A program made the position numbers and the translations under genes. A stretch of 64,000 nucleotides of DNA from an uncultured Bacteroidota bacterium. GTDB lineage: Bacteria; Bacteroidota; Bacteroidia; Bacteroidales; M50B96. The notes under the pieces are model-generated. The model was given only the letters and a program-made list of their open reading frames with translations. It searched no databases and was not told the origin of the DNA. Every line of letters begins with the position of its first letter. The first letter of the stretch is position 1. Below, one piece after another: positions 27,995 to 37,795 of the stretch. The stretch covers positions 1,278 to 65,277 of the forward strand of contig CALGAK010000124.1 of the NCBI GenBank assembly GCA_937954085.1, written 5' to 3'.

Positions 27995-29572
27995 ATGAAA
28001 CATTTAGCAGGGATTATTCTGATGCTCATTCTTTTCTCCGGTTTCCAAACCGAAGCACAAACACTCGACGTGGAATGGGGTGGCAGTACCAAACTCGATA
28101 CAGAAACCAAATACCTTAAACTGGCCGGCTCCGACCGCGACAAGTATTACCTCGTTCGAGTTCAAAAAGGAATTCCGCTCGAAAACTCGAAAGTATGGAT
28201 CGAAAGCGTTTCACGCATTACCAACGGCATCGAAATGTCCTACGAACTCACCATGCCCGAAGTGTATAACAAACCTACCTCTTTCGAAAATCTCTTCTAC
28301 CTGGAAAATAAGCTCATCCTCCTGGCAGCTCAAATCGATGGAGTAAAACAACGCAAAACAGTGTATGCCTTCATCATCGAAGAAGATGGCAGCCCGGTTT
28401 CGCATCCACTGCTGCTCGGCAATATCCCCTACACCGGCCTCGAAAAAGGATTCCAATACATGGTTTCCGACGATAAAAAGTACATTACCGTATTCTATAC
28501 CAACGAATTTACCATTTATAGCGGCGAACCACTCGTATTCAAGGTAATCGATACCAATCTGGAAATAATCGACCAACAAAACATCGAACTCACCGACCTC
28601 ATCAAAAGAAAATTCAACATCGAAAAAGTCGATCGAGGACCTAGCGGAAACTTCTACCTAGCTATTGCTGTCGAACCTGCAACTACACGCCGATCGAGAG
28701 GGAGAGCAGGCGTTCCTGCCAAAGTGAATTACGAATACACCCTCTACGTTTGGAATACCGCAAAAAAACAATTACAACCATACCCCATCGAGGTCGATCG
28801 CCTCAACCCTTCGTCAATCACCTTCGAAATCGATGCGGAAGAAAACCTGCTCCTCTTCGGACAAACCACGAAGCGTTCAGCTCCTGCCATCGTCGGATTC
28901 TACTACCAAAAACTCGTCCCACGTTTCGAAAAATTCACCGTTAAAACCGTGAAGGATTTCTCACGCGAACGCGACTTCATGAACGAATTTAAAAACGAAA
29001 AGAATGGACCAACTGCCGCCGAATGGTACAGCTACTCACCTGGTCAGGTTGTCTTCCTCGACAACGGAAGCGTTATCTACCTCACCGAACAACATTACCA
29101 ATCGTCACGAACTATGGTGGAGCCGCGAACCAAACAAGAAACCGTCATTAACTACGATAATCACGGCGACATCATCGCACTCGAAATCACCGACAACGAC
29201 GAACCCGGCTGGATGACCAAAATCCCAAAAAACCAGTTCAGCACCGACGATTTCGGATACTATGCATCCTTTTATGCCACCACCGACATGAACAAAACCA
29301 AGATTTTCTTCAACGATAATTCACGCAACTTCGGTAAAGTATCGTACGAAAAAACCAAAGACATTAAATTCTTCGAACGCAGCAATCCAGGGGGAACCGC
29401 TGCCTTAATTACCATCTACCCCGATGGAAATATCGATAAAGTAGAAATGTTTCGGAAAGAATACAAAAACGTTAACATACAACGCGACTTAATTTTCCAC
29501 GACAACGGACATTATTTCTTTTACGGACAAGATGGCGGTGACATTAAATTCGGAAACTTCTTCTTCGAATAA
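27995..29572 (+). CDS. Hypothetical secreted protein (525 aa)
   Basis: Clear signal peptide MKHLAGIILMLILFSGFQTEAQ, a long uninterrupted ORF and a strong terminator downstream. I recognise no family motif. Confidence 0.5.
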   Translation: MKHLAGIILMLILFSGFQTEAQTLDVEWGGSTKLDTETKYLKLAGSDRDKYYLVRVQKGIPLENSKVWIESVSRITNGIEMSYELTMPEVYNKPTSFENLFYLENKLILLAAQIDGVKQRKTVYAFIIEEDGSPVSHPLLLGNIPYTGLEKGFQYMVSDDKKYITVFYTNEFTIYSGEPLVFKVIDTNLEIIDQQNIELTDLIKRKFNIEKVDRGPSGNFYLAIAVEPATTRRSRGRAGVPAKVNYEYTLYVWNTAKKQLQPYPIEVDRLNPSSITFEIDAEENLLLFGQTTKRSAPAIVGFYYQKLVPRFEKFTVKTVKDFSRERDFMNEFKNEKNGPTAAEWYSYSPGQVVFLDNGSVIYLTEQHYQSSRTMVEPRTKQETVINYDNHGDIIALEITDNDEPGWMTKIPKNQFSTDDFGYYASFYATTDMNKTKIFFNDNSRNFGKVSYEKTKDIKFFERSNPGGTAALITIYPDGNIDKVEMFRKEYKNVNIQRDLIFHDNGHYFFYGQDGGDIKFGNFFFE

Positions 29573-29599
29573 AGCACACGTGCTTGTTTGAAACACCTC

Positions 29600-29638
29600 A
29601 AAACACCAAATTACAAGCTAATTTGGTGTTTTCTTTTT
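29600..29638 (+). terminator. Intrinsic terminator
   Basis: 13-bp perfect stem aaaacaccaaatt / aatttggtgtttt, a 7-nt loop, then a T-rich tail. Confidence 0.8.
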
Positions 29639-29780
29639 CCATTCACAGAGAAAACCTACTTCGGGTTCAAACGATTTTTTCAGAAAGAGGGAAGCCATAT
29701 TTCCCTCCCTGCTCGAGCCAAGTAACCTAGCCAACGAAAGCACTCTTTAAAACCTTTTTCATCCTACTAAACCGACCACT

Positions 29781-30488
29781 ATGGACTTAAACGAAGTAAT
29801 GAGCTGGCTCGAAGCCAGGGGCAGCGAACAAACCAAGAAAACCCTCATGAAGCATGGCGCCAGAGAACCTTTTTTTGGCGTCAAGGTAGCCGATCTCAAA
29901 ATCCTTCAAAAGAAAATCAAAAAAGATTATGCGCTTTCCAAAGCTCTCTTCGACACCGGTAACAGCGATGCCATGTATCTTGCCGGACTCATTGCCGATC
30001 CGGCGCAAATGACTCGTGAGGACTTGCAAGATTGGGTTTCGAAAGCCTACTGGTACTACATTAGCGAATACACCGTAGCCTGGGTTTGCAGCGAGAGCGC
30101 TTTTGGATGGGAGTTAGCAGCCGAATGGATTAACCACCCCGACGAAGGCTACCAAACCACCGGTTGGGCCACCTACAGCTCACTGCTCTCCATCACCCCC
30201 GACGAACACATCGACCGCACACTGATCGAGCACTTAGTTGATCGGGTTAAACAAAATATTGCCAAGGCTCCCAACCGAACCCGCTACACCATGAACGGAT
30301 TCCTGATTGCAGTAGGCAGCTATTTCGAACCCCTGCATACCCTCGCTTACCAAGTAGCTGAACAAATTGGCAAAGTAAGCGTATCGATGGGCAGCACTGC
30401 CTGCAAAGTTCCCTTCGCACCCGATTACATTCAAAAAGTAGCCGACAAACAGCAAGTAGGTAAAAAACGAAAATCGGCTATTTGTTAG
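29781..30488 (+). CDS. DNA alkylation repair protein (HEAT-like repeat, AlkC/AlkD-type family)
   Basis: 235 aa. The N-terminus LEARGSEQTKKTLMKHGAREPFFGVKVADLKILQKKIKKDYALSKALFDTGNSDAMYLAG matches my recollection of the DNA_alkylation family. No search was run. Confidence 0.6.
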   Translation: MDLNEVMSWLEARGSEQTKKTLMKHGAREPFFGVKVADLKILQKKIKKDYALSKALFDTGNSDAMYLAGLIADPAQMTREDLQDWVSKAYWYYISEYTVAWVCSESAFGWELAAEWINHPDEGYQTTGWATYSSLLSITPDEHIDRTLIEHLVDRVKQNIAKAPNRTRYTMNGFLIAVGSYFEPLHTLAYQVAEQIGKVSVSMGSTACKVPFAPDYIQKVADKQQVGKKRKSAIC

Positions 30489-30522
30489 TTCTTCAACCCA
30501 GAAACAACCAACAAATAGCCGA
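30474..30522. terminator. Long-stem hairpin between convergent genes (possible bidirectional terminator)
   Basis: 13-bp perfect arms tcggctatttgtt (30474-30486, overlapping the stop of the upstream CDS) and aacaaatagccga (30510-30522). The loop is 23 nt and there is no clean T-run. Confidence 0.4.
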
Positions 30523-30556
30523 CTTTACCGCCCAATTAGATACTTGAGGCAATCAA

Positions 30557-31399
30557 CTACAGCCGCATATTGTCAATGAGACGGACCTTGCCCAAGTGAG
30601 CGGCAACACAAGCTACCGGGTTATCGCTCTCATCGAAAGCGTGTAAGGTTTGCAAACTGAATGCATCGACAATGTCGAAATACTCAAGTTCGAACAAGGG
30701 ATGAGCTACAAATTCGCCCTCAGCCCATGCTTTGATTCCTTCCAATGCTTCGCCTCGATTACGGCGCTCCTTCGATTCAAATAAAACACGGCTTATCAGG
30801 GTAGCTTGCTCACGCTCATTGGCAGTGAGCCGCATGTTACGCGAGCTCATAGCTAAACCATCCCGCTCGCGCATCGTAGGTACCGGAACAATCTCAATCG
30901 GATAATTCAATGCACGAGTCATGTACTGAATAATCGCCAATTGCTGGAAATCCTTCTCTCCAAAATACGCCAAATCCGGTTGCACAAAGTCGAACAGCTT
31001 ACTCACAATTTGCCCTACTCCATTGAAATGACCCGGACGAAATTTTCCTTCCATCACCTCGTCCAATCCCCCGAAATCAAAAACACGTTTATCTTCCTCC
31101 GGATACATTTCTTTTACCTCCGGCATAAAAACTAAATCGACCCCGGCTTCGCGAAGCATCGACAAATCCGACTCAATGGTAACCGGATAATGCTTGAAAT
31201 CGTCGGGGTTATTAAACTGAGTCGGATTAACAAAAATGCTCACAATCGTATGTTCGCATCCTTTTACCGACTCCTCCACCAAAGAGATATGGCCGGGATG
31301 AAGGGCTCCCATCGTGGGCACAAAACCTGTCCGGGAACCCGCTTTTTTCAGGTGACGATGCTTCTCCTGAAGCTCGCTCACAGTACTAACAACCAGCAT
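30557..31399 (-). CDS. panC: Pantoate--beta-alanine ligase
   Basis: FVPTMGALHPGHISL (HIGH-like motif), GEKDFQQ and MSSRN motifs. Confidence 0.9.
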   Translation of the reverse strand: MLVVSTVSELQEKHRHLKKAGSRTGFVPTMGALHPGHISLVEESVKGCEHTIVSIFVNPTQFNNPDDFKHYPVTIESDLSMLREAGVDLVFMPEVKEMYPEEDKRVFDFGGLDEVMEGKFRPGHFNGVGQIVSKLFDFVQPDLAYFGEKDFQQLAIIQYMTRALNYPIEIVPVPTMRERDGLAMSSRNMRLTANEREQATLISRVLFESKERRNRGEALEGIKAWAEGEFVAHPLFELEYFDIVDAFSLQTLHAFDESDNPVACVAAHLGKVRLIDNMRL

Positions 31400-31406
31400 C
31401 GGTCAC

Positions 31407-32663
31407 TTAGGCTAAGCCGAATGCACCTTTAATTACCTCAACACTACTCAATTCCTCCCATGTAAACAAACGCACCTCTTTGGAAATCTTTCCATTATAG
31501 GGCGATTCAAAATGCTTGGTTACCGTACGAGGGGTACGTCCCATGTGCCCGTACGATGCTGTTTCCTGGTAAATGGGAGCACGAAGCTTGAAAAAGCTTT
31601 CAATGGCCGCCGGACGCAAATCGAAAATCTTCATAATGGTTTGAGCAATGGCTCCATCGCTTAAATCGACCTTTGCCGTTCCAAAGGTATTAACGAAAAG
31701 GCCCACCGGATGGGCAACACCGATGGCGTAGGATACTTGCACCAAGACCTCCGAAGCAAGCCCGGCCGCAACCATATTTTTAGCAATGTAACGCGTTGCA
31801 TAGGCTGCAGAACGATCCACTTTCGAGGGATCTTTTCCACTAAATGCTCCACCTCCGTGCGCTCCTTTTCCCCCATAGGTATCTACAATTATTTTGCGTC
31901 CGGTTAATCCGGTATCACCATGAGGACCGCCAATTACAAACTTTCCGGTTGGATTAACATGCAGAATAAAATCGTCGGTAAACAAATCCTGAACTCTTTC
32001 CGGAAGAGCCGCTTTAACTCGCGGAATGAGGATATTCAATACATCTTCCCGAATTTTAGCCAACATGGCCTCATCCTCGTCGAATTCATCGTGTTGGGTC
32101 GAGACTACAATCGTATGAATGCGTTCCGGCTTATTTTCATCGTTGTATTCAATGGTAACTTGCGATTTTGAATCCGGACGCAGATAAGTCATTTCCTTCC
32201 CTTCCTTGCGGATACTCGCCAGTTCCAGCAACAAACGGTGCGACAATTCCAGTGAAATGGGCATGTAATCGTCGGTTTCGTCGCAGGCATAGCCAAACAT
32301 CATTCCCTGATCGCCGGCCCCTTGTTCCATTGGATCGGTTCGCTCCACTCCTTGATTAATATCGGGGCTTTGCTCGTGAATAGCGGAAAGAACGCCACAT
32401 GAATCACCATCGAAACGATATTCACTTTTCGTGTAACCAATTTGCTTTATCACGTTGCGTGCAACCTCTTGCACATCGACATAAGTTGCGGATTTTACTT
32501 CGCCTGCTAAAATGACCTGCCCCGAGGTAACCAGGGTTTCGCATGCCACTTTCGATTGCGGATCGAAAGCTAAAAAATGATCGAGTAAAGCATCGCTAAT
32601 TTGATCGGACACCTTATCGGGATGACCCTCCGAAACGGATTCGGATGTAAATAAATAACTCAT
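31407..32663 (-). CDS. metK: S-adenosylmethionine synthase
   Basis: [25 protein letters not shown] and [16 protein letters not shown] motifs. Start trimmed to the ATG at 32663 ([10 protein letters not shown]). Confidence 0.9.
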   Translation of the reverse strand: MSYLFTSESVSEGHPDKVSDQISDALLDHFLAFDPQSKVACETLVTSGQVILAGEVKSATYVDVQEVARNVIKQIGYTKSEYRFDGDSCGVLSAIHEQSPDINQGVERTDPMEQGAGDQGMMFGYACDETDDYMPISLELSHRLLLELASIRKEGKEMTYLRPDSKSQVTIEYNDENKPERIHTIVVSTQHDEFDEDEAMLAKIREDVLNILIPRVKAALPERVQDLFTDDFILHVNPTGKFVIGGPHGDTGLTGRKIIVDTYGGKGAHGGGAFSGKDPSKVDRSAAYATRYIAKNMVAAGLASEVLVQVSYAIGVAHPVGLFVNTFGTAKVDLSDGAIAQTIMKIFDLRPAAIESFFKLRAPIYQETASYGHMGRTPRTVTKHFESPYNGKISKEVRLFTWEELSSVEVIKGAFGLA

Positions 32664-32867
32664 AGGATGAGATTTTAAATAACACAAAAAGAGGTGGGGC
32701 GAATTGAGAGACTACTGTTTTAGCATTTTTTAGCGTGGTTGCAATCAATCAAATCTTTCCACCAAAAGACCGCCAAAGGAAATAATATTTTGAAAACACA
32801 ACAAATAAAAAACCTTAAACTAAGGTATCTTGCAAGCAATTCTATTTAAACAGAAAAGAGCGCTTTT

Positions 32868-33758
32868 ATGCAAGAGAAATTTCCCGGGAGCGAAGCCAAA
32901 GCAACCCGACTAGGACTCACGGCAGTTCTGATGTGGTCCACCATTGCAACTGCTTTCACCTTAGCCTTGCGCGAAGTATCCATCATCACGATTATTTTTT
33001 ATGCTTCGCTCATCGCCTTTATCAGCTTAAGCATCATTTTAAAAATGCAGGGGAAGCTCCGAGAAGCCTTTCAATTAGGAGCTAAGTCATGGCTTTCATC
33101 AGCCTTGCTGGGTTTTCTGAATCCTTTTCTATACTACCTCATTTTATTAGAAGCCTACTCTTTGCTGCCCGCGCAGGAAGCCTTGGTTCTGAATTACCTC
33201 TGGCCCGTTTCGCTTACGCTGTTAAGTATCCCGCTTTTAAAACAAAGTTTAAAACCAGCCGGATTCTTTTATCTATTAATCAGTTTCGCAGGCGTAATCG
33301 TAATTGCAACTCGAGGCGACTTACTTAACTTTAAGCTAAGCAATTGGCAAGGCGATCTCATGGCCATTATCAGTTCCTTCGTTTGGGCGTTTTATTGGCT
33401 CATGAATGCTCGCGACACACGAGAGGAAGCTCCAAAACTGCTCCTGAACTTCCTCTTTGGGGCTATCTATGCCTTCATTTGGGGAATAACACGAGGCGAG
33501 TTAAGCTTCCCCGAATGGAATGGTTGGGCGTCTATTCTCTGGATTGGATTATTCGAACTAGGTATCACGTTTTATTTCTGGATGCGTGCATTAAGCTTAA
33601 GCAGCTCAACAGCTAAAATTGCTCAGTTGGTCTATTTATCGCCCTTCCTTTCGCTCATTTTTATCCACCTCATTCTCGGCGAAAGTATTTATGCATCGAC
33701 CTTTGTCGGGTTGCTCCTTATACTCTTGGGCATTCTGCTTAATAAGTATCGGAATTAG
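32868..33758 (+). CDS. EamA/DMT-family transporter
   Basis: 296 aa with about 10 TM helices in two similar halves, the typical EamA duplication. Confidence 0.65.
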   Translation: MQEKFPGSEAKATRLGLTAVLMWSTIATAFTLALREVSIITIIFYASLIAFISLSIILKMQGKLREAFQLGAKSWLSSALLGFLNPFLYYLILLEAYSLLPAQEALVLNYLWPVSLTLLSIPLLKQSLKPAGFFYLLISFAGVIVIATRGDLLNFKLSNWQGDLMAIISSFVWAFYWLMNARDTREEAPKLLLNFLFGAIYAFIWGITRGELSFPEWNGWASILWIGLFELGITFYFWMRALSLSSSTAKIAQLVYLSPFLSLIFIHLILGESIYASTFVGLLLILLGILLNKYRN

Positions 33759-35025
33759 CGGCAGAATGAACGGTTTGAAAATGAATAAGCCGAACATATC
33801 GGGCCGGATCTTCGTAGAATAAATAAAGCTGATAGGTATTACCGGTTTGAGCATGGTTTCCTTCCAGACGTTCAAAATCCAGTGAATCGGAATCGAGCGG
33901 TCGAACGGCATAGAGGTAATTGTAGTACCCTTGCTTTAAATAAACCGATTTTTCATAGCGTTTCGTCCGATAATTATATTCCAATTGATAGTTCTTTTCT
34001 GCTTGCCATTCATTCATTTGTCCCAAAATAAAAATCTCCTCATTAACTAAAGGAGCATCCATGGGGAGAGCAAAATGTACTTGCACGTAATCTGCTTCCA
34101 GCTGAGGGTTTTCGGCATGAGCATTATCGATGCGGAACCGTCCGTCGAAATCGGAATAAGCCTCAAAGCGCTTAAACTGACGAACCAACGATGGTTCCAG
34201 AAAAAAATGGAATCGATTATTCAGGAAACTTATTTCGAACACCTGGCTAGGTTTGTATCGGTGGTCGTTGGTATTGAAAAACCGGAATTCATTACCACCG
34301 GGCCACTGCATCCTACTCACATCGCGGTACACAAAATCCTTTCCCTGCACGAAGCTTGGCTGCAACTCTTTACGTGCGGTAAAGGGATTATTATTCTGAA
34401 CCACATGGAGCAGCACCCGACTAAACGGCTCCATGAGCGCTTCTCGCGTACTAATATTCAATCCTAGTTCCTGATGGCTTCGCATAAGCTCGGGAAATGA
34501 GCTGGGTTGAACCGTCATTTCGACCTCTGCACCTTGCTCCGAAACATAAAAGTATCGGGTAAACAAAGGTGTTTCGGCATCGGCCGATTCTAAAACATCC
34601 ACGGCATATTTCCCCGAAAGCAGGAGGCTTACCTCCTCGTTGGGCAGTTTTAACTCATAGTGGACATAACTCTGGTGCGTGTTGCGTGAAAACTGATAAG
34701 AGGTAATTGGATTTCGTTCAAACCCGGTTTGATACTCGTAAGGGAACAGATCGGAGGGTTCATTTTCGGGATTAACATGTCGGAGTCGATAATGAAAGGG
34801 AGCAACCTCGCCGTAGAGGTCGTCGAAGGATAATAGGATTTGCTCCTCGGAATTTAAACGTATTACAGGATAATTATCGGGTGCAGTCACCGGAGCTATC
34901 TGAACTCCTGCAATTCCATCAGGATAAAAACTAATCCCTTGATTTTCTTGAGATAAGATCCAATTGGGAAGGAATACAAAAAGGGACAGAAAGGCGGTTG
35001 AGAGGAAAGAAGGAAGAACGGTCAT
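33739..35025 (-). CDS. DUF5103 / T9SS plug-domain-like protein
   Basis: Signal peptide. The segment PVIRLNSEEQILLSFDDLYGEVAPFHYRLRHVN...EYQTGF...SRNTHQSYVHYELKLPNEEVSLLLSGKYAVDV fits my recollection of the DUF5103 (T9SS_plug_1st) pattern. No search was run. Confidence 0.5.
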   Translation of the reverse strand: MTVLPSFLSTAFLSLFVFLPNWILSQENQGISFYPDGIAGVQIAPVTAPDNYPVIRLNSEEQILLSFDDLYGEVAPFHYRLRHVNPENEPSDLFPYEYQTGFERNPITSYQFSRNTHQSYVHYELKLPNEEVSLLLSGKYAVDVLESADAETPLFTRYFYVSEQGAEVEMTVQPSSFPELMRSHQELGLNISTREALMEPFSRVLLHVVQNNNPFTARKELQPSFVQGKDFVYRDVSRMQWPGGNEFRFFNTNDHRYKPSQVFEISFLNNRFHFFLEPSLVRQFKRFEAYSDFDGRFRIDNAHAENPQLEADYVQVHFALPMDAPLVNEEIFILGQMNEWQAEKNYQLEYNYRTKRYEKSVYLKQGYYNYLYAVRPLDSDSLDFERLEGNHAQTGNTYQLYLFYEDPARYVRLIHFQTVHSAANSDTY

Positions 35026-35088
35026 AAACCCTTTATTTGATGGGGTAAAACTATGTTTTTAAGCAGAATAAAATCTTAAACTATCTAA

Positions 35089-35106
35089 TTGTCAAAATAT
35101 TGACAA
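35089..35106. promoter_or_regulatory. Perfect 7-4-7 palindrome TTGTCAA-AATA-TTGACAA upstream of nqrA (Rex-box-like)
   Basis: Read directly from the sequence, 107 nt upstream of the nqrA ATG. It differs from the TTGTGAA-N4-TTCACAA Rex consensus only at one symmetric position per half-site. Confidence 0.4.
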
Positions 35107-35167
35107 ATGTACTCTTTTAGATATGCAAATATTAGCCGGAATCAATCTTAAGGATTCTTAAAAGTAT

Positions 35168-35175
35168 TATTTTTG
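35168..35175 (+). promoter_or_regulatory. Candidate Bacteroidota -7 promoter element (TAnnTTTG) for the nqr operon
   Basis: TATTTTTG lies 38 nt upstream of the nqrA ATG. I saw no clean TTTG -33 element. Confidence 0.3.
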
Positions 35176-35212
35176 TGCTTTGTGCTAAAATTAATAAAAT
35201 CAAAAGCTTAAC

Positions 35213-36559
35213 ATGTCAGAAGTTGTAAAGATTAAGAAGGGATTGGACATTAAAATGGTCGGGAAAGCCGAGCATACCCTTCAAGTTTCCAAGTCGTCTG
35301 ATTTATTTGCTATCAAACCTACTGATTTTCACAACTTAACGCCGAAACTTCTGGTTCGGGTCGACGATGAAGTGAAAGTTGGTACCGCACTATTTCAGGA
35401 TAAGTATCGTCCGGAGATTAAATTCACTTCGCCGGTTAGTGGCAAAGTGGTAGCAGTAAATCGCGGTGAACGCCGTAGAATTTTAGAAGTTGTGATCGAA
35501 TCGGATGGCAAGCACGATGTCCTGGAATTCAAGAAGGGGTCAGCTGCAACGTTAAGTGCCGACGAAATAAAAGAGAACCTGTTGGGCATGGGTTTATGGC
35601 CCTTTATCAAACAGCGTCCGTATGGCATTATCGCCAATCCGGAATCGAAGCCCAAAGCAATTTTTATCAGTGGGTTCGATTCGGCTCCTTTAGCACCCGA
35701 CTATGCTTTCATCCTGAAAGATCAGCTTAGCAGCTTTCAAGCAGGAATCGATTTGCTGGCAAAAATGAGTGGAGCTCCTGTTCATGTTTCCCTCCCAGCC
35801 GGACAAGACAGTCCGTTAAAGCAGGTAAAAAATGCAAAACTACACACATTCGCAGGCCCTCATCCGGCAGGGAATGTAGGTATTCAGATCCACCACATTG
35901 CACCTATTAATAAAGGTGAAACTGTTTGGACAGTTGGTCCACAGGAAGTAGCCATGATCGGTCGGAGCTTAGAAAATGGTCATCTGATAGCCGAAAAAAT
36001 TGTAGCATTGGCAGGCTCAGAAGTCATTAAACCTCAATACTACAAAACAACGCTCGGAACCAGCATTAAGGAGATAGTAGCTGCCAACATCAAGGAAGGA
36101 AATGTTCGCTACATTAGCGGCAACGTGCTTACCGGCACTAAAATTTCGAAATCTAACTTCTTAGGATTCTACGATTCCTTACTCAGCGTCATCCCCGAAG
36201 GCGATTATTATGAACTCTTTGGCTGGGCCTTACCCGGTTTCGGCAAATTCTCCACCTCACGAACCTTCTTCTCTTGGCTTACTCCCAATAAAGAATACCG
36301 ACTCGACACCAACTATCACGGTGGCGAACGTGCTTTTGTCATGAGTGGCGAGTACAACAAGGTTGTTCCAATGGAAGTGATGCCTGTTCAATTACTCAAA
36401 GCGATTTTAGCCGAAGATATCGACGCAATGGAACAGCTGGGCATTTACGAAGTAATTGAAGAAGATTTCGCCTTGTGTGAATTTGTTTGCACGTCGAAAA
36501 TTGATTCACAAGAGATTATCCGTAACGGATTAAACTTGATGATTAAAGAATTGAGTTAA
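35213..36559 (+). CDS. nqrA: Na+-translocating NADH:quinone reductase subunit A
   Basis: 448 aa, first gene of a six-gene co-directional block. The N-terminus IKKGLDIKMVGKAE and the overall length are typical of NqrA. Confidence 0.9.
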   Translation: MSEVVKIKKGLDIKMVGKAEHTLQVSKSSDLFAIKPTDFHNLTPKLLVRVDDEVKVGTALFQDKYRPEIKFTSPVSGKVVAVNRGERRRILEVVIESDGKHDVLEFKKGSAATLSADEIKENLLGMGLWPFIKQRPYGIIANPESKPKAIFISGFDSAPLAPDYAFILKDQLSSFQAGIDLLAKMSGAPVHVSLPAGQDSPLKQVKNAKLHTFAGPHPAGNVGIQIHHIAPINKGETVWTVGPQEVAMIGRSLENGHLIAEKIVALAGSEVIKPQYYKTTLGTSIKEIVAANIKEGNVRYISGNVLTGTKISKSNFLGFYDSLLSVIPEGDYYELFGWALPGFGKFSTSRTFFSWLTPNKEYRLDTNYHGGERAFVMSGEYNKVVPMEVMPVQLLKAILAEDIDAMEQLGIYEVIEEDFALCEFVCTSKIDSQEIIRNGLNLMIKELS

Positions 36560-36593
36560 TCGAGATCAAAAAAAAACAACATAGAATAGTATT

Positions 36594-37760
36594 ATGGACG
36601 GATTAAGAAAAATTGTTGATCAATTAAAGCCAACCTTCTCCAAGGGAGGCAAACTAGCCAAATTAGAATCAACATTTGAAGCTTTCGAAACCTTTCTCTT
36701 TGTTCCCAATAAGACCACCCATGTTGGCGCGCACGTTCGCGACTACATGGATCTGAAACGTACCATGGTTATTGTGGTATTGGCCATGATTCCGGCCCTC
36801 TTATTTGGAATGTATAATGTAGGTCTTCAGCATTCCATTTCGATTGGTGAAACCTGGTCGATTATGGATAGCTTCCTTTTTGGTTTGATTAAAGTCTTAC
36901 CCATCATCGTTGTTAGCTACGTAACCGGGTTAGGAATTGAATTCGCTTTTGCACAAGTGCGTCATCACGAAGTGAACGAAGGCTTCCTGGTTTCCGGGAT
37001 GTTAATTCCACTTATTGTTCCGGTCGATGTACCTCTTTGGATGGTAGCTTTAGCAACTGCTTTTGCCGTTATCATCGGTAAAGAGGTCTTTGGAGGAACG
37101 GGTATGAACATTGTAAACCCGGCTCTTACAGCACGTGCCTTTCTGTTTTTTGCCTATCCCGCTCAAATGTCGGGCGATAAAATTTGGGTCGAAGGACTTA
37201 GTCAAGGCGAAGGCATTGTTGATGGTTATTCTGGAGCAACTGCCTTAGCTGAAGCTGCAGCCGGTAACATGCAAAATTTACCTAGCGTTGCTGAGATGTT
37301 TTTCGGGACAATTATCGGTTCCATCGGAGAAACTTCCACATTTGCCATTCTGATTGGCGCCCTCATCTTGCTTTATACTGGTGTAGGAAACTGGAAAATC
37401 ATGCTATCGTTCGTTGTCGGTGGATTTTTGATGGGAACCTTGCTTAATGTCTTTGCTACCGACACCAATCCTTACATGTCGCTACCAGCCTATCAGCATT
37501 TATTCTTAGGCGGTTTTGCTTTTGGTGCAGTCTTCATGATTACCGATCCGGTAACCGCTGCTCAAACCGAACGAGGCAAGTGGATTTATGGATTCTTAGG
37601 TGGCTTTATCGCCATTCTGGTTCGTGTGGTCAATCCGGCTTATCCCGAAGGCGTCATGTTAGCCATTCTGTTGGTGAACGTCTTTGCACCACTCATCGAT
37701 TACTATGTGGTGAAAGGTCACGTTAAGCGTAGAATGAAAAGATTTGCTGTTAAAGCATAA
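36594..37760 (+). CDS. nqrB: Na+-NQR subunit B
   Basis: Polytopic protein with the flavinylation motif DGYSGATAL. Confidence 0.9.
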   Translation: MDGLRKIVDQLKPTFSKGGKLAKLESTFEAFETFLFVPNKTTHVGAHVRDYMDLKRTMVIVVLAMIPALLFGMYNVGLQHSISIGETWSIMDSFLFGLIKVLPIIVVSYVTGLGIEFAFAQVRHHEVNEGFLVSGMLIPLIVPVDVPLWMVALATAFAVIIGKEVFGGTGMNIVNPALTARAFLFFAYPAQMSGDKIWVEGLSQGEGIVDGYSGATALAEAAAGNMQNLPSVAEMFFGTIIGSIGETSTFAILIGALILLYTGVGNWKIMLSFVVGGFLMGTLLNVFATDTNPYMSLPAYQHLFLGGFAFGAVFMITDPVTAAQTERGKWIYGFLGGFIAILVRVVNPAYPEGVMLAILLVNVFAPLIDYYVVKGHVKRRMKRFAVKA

Positions 37761-37795
37761 GAATATTTGAAACAGAAGACTAGAACGAAAGAATT

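Noticed and set aside
35089-35106. Reading the nqrA-upstream palindrome as a CRP or FNR site
   Set aside because: CRP (TGTGA-N6-TCACA) and FNR (TTGAT-N4-ATCAA) half-sites and spacing do not fit. The 7-4-7 geometry and the TTGT..AA arms fit the Rex-type box much better, so it is reported under that hypothesis.
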